A program made the position numbers and the translations under genes. The notes beneath the pieces are model-generated. The model was not told the origin of the DNA. It did no database searches and was given only the letters and a program-made list of their open reading frames with translations. Below are positions 1-9,221 of a stretch of 64,000 bases of DNA, one piece after another (the first letter of the stretch is position 1; every line of letters begins with the position of its first letter). The stretch is from contig CACGVI010000003.1 in the NCBI GenBank assembly GCA_902576605.1, positions 919 to 64,918 of the forward strand, given 5' to 3'. The DNA comes from an uncultured Candidatus Actinomarina sp. (GTDB lineage Bacteria; Actinomycetota; Acidimicrobiia; Actinomarinales; Actinomarinaceae).

Positions 1-167
1 TACAAATACTCTTCTCTTGCGTTAGAACCAAAATCCCCAAGTCTGAAATATTTAATCATTAATTGTCTAAAGGGACCAGTAATAATGTTGTCAACGCCAA
101 CATACGTAAGCACGCTTCCCCTTAAAAATGGGAGAAATAAACTACCTCTATCACGATAAAATTTCAT
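1..167 (-). CDS. Partial CDS (first 55 codons; gene runs off the left edge), hypothetical protein
   Basis: Minus-strand ATG at 167-165 opens a frame (MKFYRDRGSLFLPFLRGSVLTYVGVDNIITGP...) that stays open to base 1. It is below the ORF-track length cutoff. No motif recognised. Confidence 0.3.
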   Translation of the reverse strand, partial: MKFYRDRGSLFLPFLRGSVLTYVGVDNIITGPFRQLMIKYFRLGDFGSNAREEYL

Positions 168-218
168 ATATTTTTCTCTTAAGCTATCAGAATAACCTAA
201 ATTAGCTATTGTTTTTGT

Positions 219-914
219 ATGGAAATTGTATTGATTAGACATGGCCAGCCAGAATGGATGCCTGGAGACGTCTATACAAAAAATCCTGGTTTAACCTCAC
301 TTGGAAAAATACAATCTGAAAAATCATCTTCAGCTTTTGAAGAAACAAGTGTTGATGAAATATGGGTTTCACCCCTAAAGCGTGCACAAGAAACTTTTAC
401 TCCATTCAAAGAAAAAAATATAGGAAAATCTATTCATACATACGAATGGCTACAAGAGATGCAAGACCACGAGGAAGAAGCCTTATACGGAAAAGATACA
501 GAAGAAGTAATGGCTTTTTTTGCTAAAAGAAACTCTCAGTCATTTGAAGAGTGGAGTGAAGCTAGTCATGGTAAATACATGGAAGTCTTTGGTAAAAATA
601 TTGTTTCTAATTTAGAGATAGAACTTGGCAACAGGGGAATTGTTGCTTTAGATGCAGAGTACGATAGAAGGTTTGATTTAAGTGAATCAAGTATTGAAAG
701 ACTTATGATTATTTCCCATGCAGGAACAATGTCAGTCTTATTATCATATTTTTTAAATATGCCTCTTTATGCGTGGACTTGGAGAAAGTTTCTTCCAAGA
801 CACACTGGACACACAACACTAAAATCAACTCAGATTTCAGGTGGTCACTTTTTTAGACTTAAAGAATTTAATAATGTCTCTTTTACCGATAGTGACGAAG
901 AACAAACATACTAA
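219..914 (+). CDS. Histidine phosphatase family protein (phosphoglycerate-mutase-like)
   Basis: N-terminal catalytic motif LIRHGQPEW (RHG) and a downstream ISHAGT histidine motif; 231 aa, a typical size. Confidence 0.75.
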   Translation: MEIVLIRHGQPEWMPGDVYTKNPGLTSLGKIQSEKSSSAFEETSVDEIWVSPLKRAQETFTPFKEKNIGKSIHTYEWLQEMQDHEEEALYGKDTEEVMAFFAKRNSQSFEEWSEASHGKYMEVFGKNIVSNLEIELGNRGIVALDAEYDRRFDLSESSIERLMIISHAGTMSVLLSYFLNMPLYAWTWRKFLPRHTGHTTLKSTQISGGHFFRLKEFNNVSFTDSDEEQTY

Positions 915-937
915 GATAATTTTAACTACAAAAAATT

Positions 938-1606
938 ATGCCTTATACAAGAGTTTTACCTGAGGTAACGATAAGCGAGCTTACGCCAAGAAAAAGAAGG
1001 TTCTTTTTAAAACATCTCGCAAGATTTTTACTTTTGTTTGAAAGCGTTAAAGCAAAAGGGTCTTTTTTAGATAATAAACGAGTAATTATAACTGCTGCGC
1101 CACACCAGTCCGGCAAAGATGAATATTTAATGATTTTGATGATCTTAGCTTTAGATATTGATGTCTGTTATCTCTCTGCAAAGTGGACCATGCGAAGAAT
1201 ACCTAATCCATTTGTTAAGCCAAAAGATATCGACAATCAAGGAATTCCATGGCCACTTGGTTGGCTGCAAGAAATAGTATTTAGAAAATTTGGTGCTATC
1301 CCTGTAGACAGAAAAGGAAATAGTGGCCAGTACGACTCTGTAGTTCAGGAGCTTCTTGAGAGAGATAACTTTTTATTAATTATTACACCTGAAGGAAGGT
1401 TTGATGCAACCAGATTTAGAAGTAGTTTTTTATATTTAGCCAAAGAGTTAGAGGCTGAAGTTATGCCAGTACAAATCGATTATGAACACGATACTTTACA
1501 GTTTTTAGAAAGTTTAAATCTTGATGGTTCCGAGGATGAGGTCATACAAAGGCTTCGTTACTGTTTTGATGGAGTTAAGGGAAGAAAAAAGAGGTTTAAG
1601 GCTTAA
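938..1606 (+). CDS. PlsC-type lysophospholipid/glycerolipid acyltransferase
   Basis: HX4D motif (HQSGKD) and a downstream ITPEGR block characteristic of the LPLAT/PlsC superfamily. Confidence 0.6.
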   Translation: MPYTRVLPEVTISELTPRKRRFFLKHLARFLLLFESVKAKGSFLDNKRVIITAAPHQSGKDEYLMILMILALDIDVCYLSAKWTMRRIPNPFVKPKDIDNQGIPWPLGWLQEIVFRKFGAIPVDRKGNSGQYDSVVQELLERDNFLLIITPEGRFDATRFRSSFLYLAKELEAEVMPVQIDYEHDTLQFLESLNLDGSEDEVIQRLRYCFDGVKGRKKRFKA

Positions 1607-2457
1607 TGGAAGAAAAAATTCATCAACTCATAAAAGAGAGGAACCCTTGGTTGTTGAAAGATAACTTCCTATCTAAAACAATTTATACCTTGTTAAAAAA
1701 ATATCTTAGGTTTGATGAGACTGTTTTTGTTGGTGACCACATCCAGAGCATGACTGGCGAAGAGGCTTTTAATTGGTTGGGCAGCGAGTATACAAGCAAT
1801 GCCTCTGTAGAGGGCCTTGAAAATATTCCAAAAAATGGAAAGTTTTTAATTGTATCAAATCACCCTATGGGAGCTGCAGATGCGATAGCTCTTTATCATC
1901 AAATATATCCGGTTCGTAATGATCTTTTCTTTTTTGCAAACGAACTTTTTGTATACCTGCTGGGTGCATTTCATGAACTTTTAGCACCTGTTGTGTGGAA
2001 TAAAGAAAAAGAAACTCATTCAGCAAACAAAGTAACCCTTGAACGTCTAAGTGTTTTTTTTGGGGATGATAGGCCAGGTATCATCTTTCCATCAGGTCGT
2101 CTCTCTAAACTTACTTTTCTTGGTTTATGGGATAGGCCTTGGGAGAAAACACCTATTGCACTCGCAAAAAAATACAACTTTCCATTAATTCCCGTATATG
2201 TAGAGGGAAGAAACTCTTGGTTTTTTTATTTTGCCTCATACGTAAACAAGCAACTTAGAGATATCTCCCAGCTAAATGAACTGTTCAACAAAAGGGGGAA
2301 AGAGATTTCCATAAAGATTGGTAAGCCTGTGAATGTAAACACATTAAACGATAACACTGATATTGCAATTGGACAGATGTGGTACAGAACAGAAAGCTTA
2401 AGAAAAAAGTCTGTATTGAAATTAAACAGGTTTCTGTACTTGAGAAATTTTAAGTAA
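1606..2457 (+). CDS. Second acyltransferase of the LPLAT superfamily (putative-hemolysin/COG3176-like)
   Basis: VSNHPMGAADA and IIFPSGR blocks resemble the NHPxGxxD / FP(E/S)G motifs. Its start overlaps the upstream stop (TAATG), suggesting co-translation with 938..1606. Confidence 0.5.
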   Translation: MEEKIHQLIKERNPWLLKDNFLSKTIYTLLKKYLRFDETVFVGDHIQSMTGEEAFNWLGSEYTSNASVEGLENIPKNGKFLIVSNHPMGAADAIALYHQIYPVRNDLFFFANELFVYLLGAFHELLAPVVWNKEKETHSANKVTLERLSVFFGDDRPGIIFPSGRLSKLTFLGLWDRPWEKTPIALAKKYNFPLIPVYVEGRNSWFFYFASYVNKQLRDISQLNELFNKRGKEISIKIGKPVNVNTLNDNTDIAIGQMWYRTESLRKKSVLKLNRFLYLRNFK

Positions 2458-2459
2458 CT

Positions 2460-3461
2460 TTACTCTACAACTTCACCTGTGCTTGGGCTAACGCCTAAGT
2501 TGCCAACCATATATCCAAATAAAAGTGGTGTAGTAACTAAACCGCCAAGTCCATAAAATCTCCAAGTAAGCTCATAATCGCTCTGTGCTTGATTGATCAG
2601 TAGGTATAAAACAAAAAATAATCCATACAGTGAGGCGATTGCAGCTGCACTTACTTGTATTTTTCTATCATGATCCGTGTTGTAATACCAATTTGTTACT
2701 CTAAATACCCCAAAACTAAAAAGACTTCCTATACCAATAATCAACATCATTAGTCTTATGTTTCCTAAAGAAGCTTGTACCGATACATATAGAAATGAGA
2801 GAAAATAAAGCAAGGTCATTTGCTTTGGTGACATTTTAAATCGTATTGCGTATACGTAAACAATACTTGCAAGCATAGATTGAAAAAATAATGTCCCTGC
2901 CGCAAAAGCATCGTCGTAACCAAAAAAAACTCCGTACACTAAATATGGATGGAGGAACTGTGTGATATACATAACTAAAGCATAGATAGTTGATACCGCT
3001 ACAACCGAGGCCGTGTCTAGATGATCTTTGCTAGGTCTTGTCGTAAACACGTAATCTAACATTAAAAATGCTCCAAGAAATAACATTAAATGCGATGGAG
3101 AAACTAGTGGCTCTACGCCTGTTTCGATACCAAGTAACGTATGCCACACAGCATCTGATGCTCCACCAACTCCAAAGATGACTGCACCTAAAACTCCGAC
3201 ATCAAACTTGTAGTCTTTCATTTTATTTTTTACATACATTGCTACTAAAACTGAAAAAGCATAGCCTGAATATAAAACAGCATGCCAAGGTGTAAAAAAA
3301 GTTTCTATATCCTCGATTAAATATGTATGAGCACTCGAATCTATCCATGCACCGATAAAAAACCAAAGCATAGCGATAATGAATAATTTTCTATCTTTTT
3401 CATTTGTGATTACAACAGGTGATAATTTATTGAACATATAAATAGTATAAACCCAAAACAT
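2460..3461 (-). CDS. Polytopic integral membrane protein, function unknown
   Basis: The 333 aa ORF is hydrophobic throughout (about 9-10 predicted helices) with several intramembrane His. An alternative ATG at 3437 is also possible. No SD is visible for either start. Confidence 0.5.
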   Translation of the reverse strand: MFWVYTIYMFNKLSPVVITNEKDRKLFIIAMLWFFIGAWIDSSAHTYLIEDIETFFTPWHAVLYSGYAFSVLVAMYVKNKMKDYKFDVGVLGAVIFGVGGASDAVWHTLLGIETGVEPLVSPSHLMLFLGAFLMLDYVFTTRPSKDHLDTASVVAVSTIYALVMYITQFLHPYLVYGVFFGYDDAFAAGTLFFQSMLASIVYVYAIRFKMSPKQMTLLYFLSFLYVSVQASLGNIRLMMLIIGIGSLFSFGVFRVTNWYYNTDHDRKIQVSAAAIASLYGLFFVLYLLINQAQSDYELTWRFYGLGGLVTTPLLFGYMVGNLGVSPSTGEVVE

Positions 3462-3505
3462 TATGGGTATTTACGAAATTAAGTCTGACAAGATAGAATA
3501 AGTCC

Positions 3506-4666
3506 GTGGAAAACAAAGAGTTCAATCGTACACTTACTCTAAAAAGTTCTATTTATTTGGGTTTAAGCTCAATGATCGGAGCTGGACTTTTTAATAATAT
3601 TGCCCCTACAGCAAAAATAAGTTCGTACGGTGCGATCCTTGGACTACTTTTAGCTTCAACATTAGCAATAGCAAACGCTTCTTCTTCTGCACAACTCTCA
3701 TCACTGTTTCCAAAAACTGGTGGTACGTATTTGTATGCAAATGAAGTACTTGGGAGACCATATGCAATTATTGCTGGTGCAGTATTCATTATTGGCAAAA
3801 CAATTAGTTGTGTTGCAATAGCGCTAACAGTAGGCAACTATCTTTCTCCTGTATATGGAAAAGAAATTGGTGTTGTTTTATGTGTTTTAGTATTTTTGTT
3901 GAGTTTTTCCGGAATTCACAAAACAGCAGAAATCGCTAAATGGTTTGTTTGGATAATTTTTGGACTGCTTTTATTTTATGCTGTCTCAATCATTTCAACA
4001 CCAAATGTTGATTTAAGTATTCCAATCTTTGAGAGTGTTTCATTTGATAGTATCTTGTTATCTGCAAGTATATGGTTTTTTGCTTTTACTGGATACTCGA
4101 GACTTGCGACATTTGGAGAGGAAATAAAAAATCCTAAAGAAATTATCCCTACAGCAATTTTTACTGGTCTAGGGGTAACAATCTTGCTGTATTTTGGAAT
4201 TACTTGGTTAACTCTATCAATAATCAGTCCAGAATTTATTATGAACTCAAACACACCTCTTCTTGTTGCCATGGATGTGAGTAGGTTTTCAGAGTTTTCC
4301 TTTTTAATTGTTTTTGCTTCTTCTATTGCTATGGTTTCTGTGTTTCTTGCTTTGATGCCTGGAATTAGCAGAATATATGTTGCGCTTTCTAGAGACAGAG
4401 TACTTCCAAAAGCTTTTTCAAAAATTCATAAAAAATTTAACTCTGCTTATTTCTCAGAAGGCTTTGTGCTTATTTCTGTAATAATTGGTATTTATAGTTT
4501 TGATGTTGTTGAGTCTATAAGACTAAGCTCATTTTTTATTTTGATCTATTATACAATTACTAATTTATGTGTTGTGAGGCTTAAAAAGGGAGACCGGCTT
4601 TATTCAGTAGTAATTGCAATATACGGGTTTACAATGTGTTTATTGCTAGCTTTGCACTTACTTTAA
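3506..4666 (+). CDS. APC-superfamily amino acid/polyamine permease
   Basis: 386 aa with about 11-12 TM segments. The N-terminal block SSMIGAGLF...YGAILGLLLAS and FAFTGYSRLATFGEEIKNPKE are typical of APC permeases. GTG start. Confidence 0.7.
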   Translation: MENKEFNRTLTLKSSIYLGLSSMIGAGLFNNIAPTAKISSYGAILGLLLASTLAIANASSSAQLSSLFPKTGGTYLYANEVLGRPYAIIAGAVFIIGKTISCVAIALTVGNYLSPVYGKEIGVVLCVLVFLLSFSGIHKTAEIAKWFVWIIFGLLLFYAVSIISTPNVDLSIPIFESVSFDSILLSASIWFFAFTGYSRLATFGEEIKNPKEIIPTAIFTGLGVTILLYFGITWLTLSIISPEFIMNSNTPLLVAMDVSRFSEFSFLIVFASSIAMVSVFLALMPGISRIYVALSRDRVLPKAFSKIHKKFNSAYFSEGFVLISVIIGIYSFDVVESIRLSSFFILIYYTITNLCVVRLKKGDRLYSVVIAIYGFTMCLLLALHLL

Positions 4667-4854
4667 TAATTATTTTCACAAACATATACTTATTGTGAAA
4701 AAATTATCACAATCTTGCAGGGTTGTGAAATATTAATTATACTTAATTTATCGGTCAATCACGTGTATGCGTTGTAAATCACTCAAACACACTTCCATAA
4801 GTGATTGGCCTGTGTCTGATTTTATGTATACCCTATAATATTTATTCTTAGTCT

Positions 4855-5346
4855 GTGAAGAGATTTAAAACATCAAATAGTATGACTTATGATTATTCTG
4901 TTGAAAATTTATGGAAAGTTGTTTCATCCCCTAATTATTTAAATAACGTGCACCCTTTTTGTAAGGAAAACTCAATTATTAAATGGAACAACGATCACCA
5001 TGAAGACAAAATACTCTATTTAAATAACAAGACTTATATAAGAAAATTCGTAAGTTGGAAAGCTTTAAAGGGATATGATCTCTGGATTGGTGATAATAAT
5101 AAAGATCAATCTTTCGTTGAGTGGAGATTGGAAAAAGCAGGCAATAGATCAAAGCTAACTATTACGGTTTATCCATTTTTATTAAGCAATTGGCCAAGGA
5201 TATTATCTTTTCTGCCTTATTTTTTATATATAAATATTAAATTGAAATCTTACTTGTTCTCAGTGCTTAGTGGAATTGATTGGTATATTAAAGAAAATAC
5301 TCCTGTTCCAAAAAATCAATTTGGTAAACATAGTTGGTTCTCTTGA
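4855..5346 (+). CDS. Hypothetical protein, possibly SRPBCC (START/Bet v1-like) fold
   Basis: The N-terminal YSVENLWKVVSSPNYLNNVHP resembles the first strand and helix of polyketide-cyclase/SRPBCC proteins. The start is ambiguous (GTG 4855 or ATG 4882). TATAAT lies at about 4835-4840. Confidence 0.35.
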   Translation: MKRFKTSNSMTYDYSVENLWKVVSSPNYLNNVHPFCKENSIIKWNNDHHEDKILYLNNKTYIRKFVSWKALKGYDLWIGDNNKDQSFVEWRLEKAGNRSKLTITVYPFLLSNWPRILSFLPYFLYINIKLKSYLFSVLSGIDWYIKENTPVPKNQFGKHSWFS

Positions 5347-5347
5347 T

Positions 5348-5848
5348 TTAATGTTCTCTGGATCTAGATGATTTAGACATTGTCTTCTCTAAAGTACCGT
5401 TTGAAAATATGTAAGACTCAACACTATCAACTAAATGTTTACCATTTTGTGACTTTTGCATAATCACATCTACAGTCATACCCTCATAGGGAGAAATTAA
5501 AGTTATTGAATGCTGTCTGAACTTTTTAGAGGACTGGTCTCTTCGAATTACATCACTGATCATATTGTTTGATTCCCATGACCAGTCTTCACCAACAGCA
5601 ACGAATTTGCAAATGTGTTTTGTCTGTGATTTGTCAATTCTTGCTCCTGGACAAACTAGCATAGAACCTTCAACCCAAGGGTTTAAACCCAAACCATCTA
5701 TCTTTGGAAAAGCAATATTAAAAGAATCATCAACTATTGCCTCAATATCCCCTTTTTTAAAATTTCGTTCTTTTATAATTTCAGAAATTGTATTTTGTAT
5801 CCTAAATAAAGATTCTTCGTCTAAATTTTCAAGATTTACCCTGTCCAT
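5348..5848 (-). CDS. Hypothetical cytoplasmic protein
   Basis: Clean 166 aa ORF, convergent with 4855..5346. No motif recognised. Confidence 0.4.
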   Translation of the reverse strand: MDRVNLENLDEESLFRIQNTISEIIKERNFKKGDIEAIVDDSFNIAFPKIDGLGLNPWVEGSMLVCPGARIDKSQTKHICKFVAVGEDWSWESNNMISDVIRRDQSSKKFRQHSITLISPYEGMTVDVIMQKSQNGKHLVDSVESYIFSNGTLEKTMSKSSRSREH

Positions 5849-5881
5849 AACTATATATAAACAGTTAGGTGAGACAAATTG

Positions 5882-6037
5882 CTACTCTTCTTCTAAGGCA
5901 AGCTTTTGGCCAGCTGTTTCTTTTCCTCTTAAGTCACGAATGTCTACGCGAATTAACCCAATTACAAAAATGGTAAGAGTGCCTACTGGAAATAAAAGAA
6001 TTAAAAATAATGGTGATGACGTTAATGTCTCTATCAT
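5882..6037 (-). CDS. Candidate 51 aa single-pass membrane mini-protein
   Basis: Read by hand: MIETLTSSPLFLILLFPVGTLTIFVIGLIRVDIRDLRGKETAGQKLALEEE*. It has a hydrophobic core followed by a charged tail and is below the ORF-track cutoff. Confidence 0.25.
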   Translation of the reverse strand: MIETLTSSPLFLILLFPVGTLTIFVIGLIRVDIRDLRGKETAGQKLALEEE

Positions 6038-6087
6038 ATTTTTATCATAACAAATTTACATAGTATAATTAAATTGAGAAAGGAAAT

Positions 6088-6243
6088 ATGGCAAAACTCG
6101 GTTTGTACGCAAGCATGGTGTCTGTAATAGCGTCTGTGCTTATTTATATTGTATTAGATGATTCTGACCTTGCGATTTACGTAGGGCTTTGGGCTCCGAC
6201 ACTTATTCTTTATAGCCAGGCTTACGAACAAGCAAATAAGTAA
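6088..6243 (+). CDS. Candidate 51 aa membrane mini-protein
   Basis: Read by hand: MAKLGLYASMVSVIASVLIYIVLDDSDLAIYVGLWAPTLILYSQAYEQANK*. It is preceded by GAGAAAGGAAAT (the SD context also seen before other genes here) and by TATAAT at 6064-6069. Confidence 0.35.
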   Translation: MAKLGLYASMVSVIASVLIYIVLDDSDLAIYVGLWAPTLILYSQAYEQANK

Positions 6244-6369
6244 CTCAGTTTACGTAAAAATTAGACTGTTGCTATTATTTGATTGTGAATAAAGTTGAAA
6301 AAAAATCGTTCTTTGGCTTCTTAGCCATTGCATTCTTTTTACATTTATATTTAGTAATTTCACTTATCG

Positions 6370-6834
6370 GTGGGTAGAAAGCTTCTTCTTTTTCTTTTCA
6401 TAATTTCATGCACATCTTCATCAGATGTTTTAACAGAAACTTCACAAACAGTAGTTGAGAAATCCTTATCGTCTGAAGAGATTCTGGTTGAGATATTTGA
6501 AACCTACAAAGTATTCTCTGAGGATCCTGTTAAAGCAGTAAATACTATTTGGAGCTATGCTCATGAAAAAAATCAAGAAACAACAGGTCCGAAGGAACGG
6601 TTTTCTGTGATGCTTACTTCTGAACCATATAATTCGATAATTGATCTTAAAGATTATTCATACGAAATTATTTTTGAAAGTGAGGAAAATATTCATTATG
6701 AAGTAAAAGTACTCGCTAATAGTAGTAATTATTTTGTAATTACATGGGTATTTGAAAAAACAATTTGTGATGAGAAACCGTGTTGGAGAACTATAGGAGT
6801 AAGTCAGCCAGAGTTTTTTGATTCAGGAATTTAA
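6370..6834 (+). CDS. Lipoprotein, function unknown
   Basis: Signal peptide with lipobox (MGRKLLLFLFIISC); GTG start. Confidence 0.5.
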   Translation: MGRKLLLFLFIISCTSSSDVLTETSQTVVEKSLSSEEILVEIFETYKVFSEDPVKAVNTIWSYAHEKNQETTGPKERFSVMLTSEPYNSIIDLKDYSYEIIFESEENIHYEVKVLANSSNYFVITWVFEKTICDEKPCWRTIGVSQPEFFDSGI

Positions 6835-6838
6835 GCTT

Positions 6839-7468
6839 TTAATCTTCTAAGTTTTCTAAAGGGTTTTCTGGTTGGCAAATTTCAAATGCTTCTTGAACAT
6901 CTTCAGAACTAAAATCAATATCTGCATCTCTAAAAGCAAAGAATCCAAACTCTCCAGGTTTAGGATCTGGAAAATCTATTCCTTGATCTCTCATGCATTG
7001 GGAAAATTCTAAAGAAGCATCTACTAAAGCTGCCTCTACTTCTGGATCTAAATCGAATTGTTCTGGAAGAGCATTTCTTAAGATATCTTCACAGTTTTCA
7101 AAAGCTCTTTCAAATTCTTCTTCATTTTCAATTTCTAAATTATCAAATTGAGGATTTCCATCAATGTCGAAAGTTGGGTCAGGGAAGTTGATGCCTTCTT
7201 CACGCATACATTGAGCAAATTCAAGAACTCCCTCTTCAAAAGTTGTTTCCTCATCGACAATTGTTGTGGCAGTAGTAGATTCAATAGTCACAACCCCCTG
7301 AGACTCTTCTCCGCCAATTGTGCATGCAGTAAATACAGCTACAAAGGCTAAGGTTTTTACTTTCGAACTGCTTCCGCTGGTTGAATTTTTGAAGCTTTTA
7401 TAGCTGGATACACACCAGAAATAGCTCCAATTAATAATGCTAAAAGTACTGCTCCAAAAATTTGCCAT
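6839..7468 (-). CDS. Secreted lipoprotein with two C-x-R-E/D-x-G-I-x-F-P-D-P ... C repeats (paralog family P1); start uncertain
   Basis: A canonical lipoprotein signal (KVKTLAFVAVFTAC) is followed by two repeats, EFAQCMREEGINFPDP...FENC and EFSQCMRDQGIDFPDP...FEIC. The only in-frame ATG (7468) lies 112 nt inside the upstream permease gene. Confidence 0.5.
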   Translation of the reverse strand: MANFWSSTFSIINWSYFWCVSSYKSFKNSTSGSSSKVKTLAFVAVFTACTIGGEESQGVVTIESTTATTIVDEETTFEEGVLEFAQCMREEGINFPDPTFDIDGNPQFDNLEIENEEEFERAFENCEDILRNALPEQFDLDPEVEAALVDASLEFSQCMRDQGIDFPDPKPGEFGFFAFRDADIDFSSEDVQEAFEICQPENPLENLED

Positions 7469-8541
7469 ACAGGTATTGAGAATACAATATTTGTGTAATT
7501 AGTGTAACCCAAGGTTATCGCTGTTCCCAAAAGAACTCCAACGAGACCACCTATGCCCGATAAAACAATGCTTTCAAGTAAAAACTGATATCTAATTTCT
7601 CTTCTGGTAGCACCAATAGACCTTCTAACTCCTATTTCCATTCTTCTCTCTAATACAGACATGACCATAACATTTGCAATTGCAACTCCACCAACAAGAA
7701 GCGCAACTGAACCAAGTCCTAAAAGTAAGTTAGTGAATGCCTCTTCTGCTGCCTGTTGCGCCTCGAGCGCATCAGATGGACGAGTGACTTCTACTTGATC
7801 TGGGTTTTCAGGATTCATTGAAGGAGCAAGGACTTCAACAACATCCTCAATAAATGTTGGATTGGCTCTTAAGTAAATAGTTGTTGGCTCTTCATTAATA
7901 TCAAAAAGTGTCTTTGCTACACCATATCCAATAAATACCGATCTATCTAAGTCTGGATGAATTTTGAGTTCTTCTAATATACCAACTACTCCAAACCATT
8001 CGTTTTCTATCAATATCTTTGTAGGTTTAAATAAGTTATTAATCCCTAATCGCTGAGCAGTTACATTTCCTAGTACTGTTACTGGAATATCAGAAAGCCC
8101 ATCCTCAATAAATCTACCATCAACTAGATTACCGCCTATAACATCTAGTAGTTCGGCACTTGTAACAATTGTCGAAATACCACCGCCTTCAAATTCTGAA
8201 ATAAAATTACTTCTCCTTACTAGAAGGTCTGTTTGAGTTGTAGAAGTTACTTCCTGAACAGGTCCAATTCTTTCAACCATACCCAAAACCCCCTTTGGAA
8301 GTTCTTCCTGTGTACCAAAAAAACCAGCTTGTGGAGATGCTTTGACTAAGTTCGTGCCAAGAGACTCTAGTGTTGATAAAAGGTCCGCCCTGCCTGAAGC
8401 TGAAATTCCAGATACAGCAACAATTGCTGCGATACCAATACCAATACCAATTGAAGTAAGTGTCGCCCTTCCTTTTCTTGCTCTAACACCGTATAAAGCG
8501 ACAAAAAACAAGTCTTTAATTTTTAGTCTATTTCTTTTCAT
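7357..8541 (-). CDS. MacB/FtsX-type ABC transporter permease
   Basis: N-terminal TM helix, a large extracytoplasmic domain, then a C-terminal FtsX 3-TM bundle (LLGLGSVALLVGGVAIANVM...ERRMEIGVRRSIGATRREI). Overlaps the ATPase gene by 4 nt. Confidence 0.8.
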   Translation of the reverse strand: MKRNRLKIKDLFFVALYGVRARKGRATLTSIGIGIGIAAIVAVSGISASGRADLLSTLESLGTNLVKASPQAGFFGTQEELPKGVLGMVERIGPVQEVTSTTQTDLLVRRSNFISEFEGGGISTIVTSAELLDVIGGNLVDGRFIEDGLSDIPVTVLGNVTAQRLGINNLFKPTKILIENEWFGVVGILEELKIHPDLDRSVFIGYGVAKTLFDINEEPTTIYLRANPTFIEDVVEVLAPSMNPENPDQVEVTRPSDALEAQQAAEEAFTNLLLGLGSVALLVGGVAIANVMVMSVLERRMEIGVRRSIGATRREIRYQFLLESIVLSGIGGLVGVLLGTAITLGYTNYTNIVFSIPVWQIFGAVLLALLIGAISGVYPAIKASKIQPAEAVRK

Positions 8542-9221
8542 TGATTTACTATTTTTCCATCAACTAGTTCGATAACTTTTTTAAACATGCTCGCATGTTC
8601 TTGGTTGTGAGTGATCATTATTACTGTTTTACCTTGATTGTTTAAGTCTTTCAAAATATTGAGTATGTTTATGCCAGATTCCATATCTAAGTTTCCTGTT
8701 GGTTCATCTGCTAGTACGAATGCAGGATCTTGGACAAGGGCACGTGCAATCGCAACCCTTTGTTGTTGCCCACCGGACAATTCTTTGGGTAAATGGGTCA
8801 ATCTATCTCCAAGGCCAACCTGTTCTAAGACTTCCTTTGCTTTTTCTAACCTCTTTGATCTTGAAATACCTTGATATAAAAGACCTTCAGCGACATTTTC
8901 CTGAGCTGTTAAGCCCGGTAGTAGAAAAAAACTTTGAAATATAAACCCAATCTTCTCTCCCCTAAACTTTGAAAGTTCATTGTCTGAAAGTGCTGAAACA
9001 TCTTTTCCCTCAATTTCAATAGATCCATCAGTTATACTGTCTAGCAGACCAATCATATTTAAAAATGTTGATTTTCCACTTCCTGATTGACCAACTATTG
9101 AGACAAAGTCTCCTTCTTTAATTTCAAGCGAGACACCGTCTAAAGCTCTTACGGGTGGAGGTCCTTCATATACTTTTGAAATATTGTTAATAGAAATTAC
9201 AGTTTTTGTACTGGTCTTCAT
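8538..9221 (-). CDS. ABC transporter ATP-binding protein (MacB/LolD-like)
   Basis: Walker A GQSGSGKST, signature LSGGQQQRV, Walker B VLADEPTGNLD. Confidence 0.9.
   Translation of the reverse strand: MKTSTKTVISINNISKVYEGPPPVRALDGVSLEIKEGDFVSIVGQSGSGKSTFLNMIGLLDSITDGSIEIEGKDVSALSDNELSKFRGEKIGFIFQSFFLLPGLTAQENVAEGLLYQGISRSKRLEKAKEVLEQVGLGDRLTHLPKELSGGQQQRVAIARALVQDPAFVLADEPTGNLDMESGINILNILKDLNNQGKTVIMITHNQEHASMFKKVIELVDGKIVNQ

Noticed and set aside
5565-6050. 161-aa plus-strand ORF in the ORF track
   Set aside because: It runs antisense to the cleaner 5348..5848 ORF and across the mini-ORF region. It is Ser/Phe/Ile-rich with low complexity, has no SD and no motif. I treat it as a shadow ORF.
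6284-6379. 31-codon GTG ORF (MNKVEKKSFFGFLAIAFFLHLYLVISLIGG) overlapping the start of the 6370 lipoprotein gene
   Set aside because: It has no SD, is very short, and is indistinguishable from chance in AT-rich sequence.
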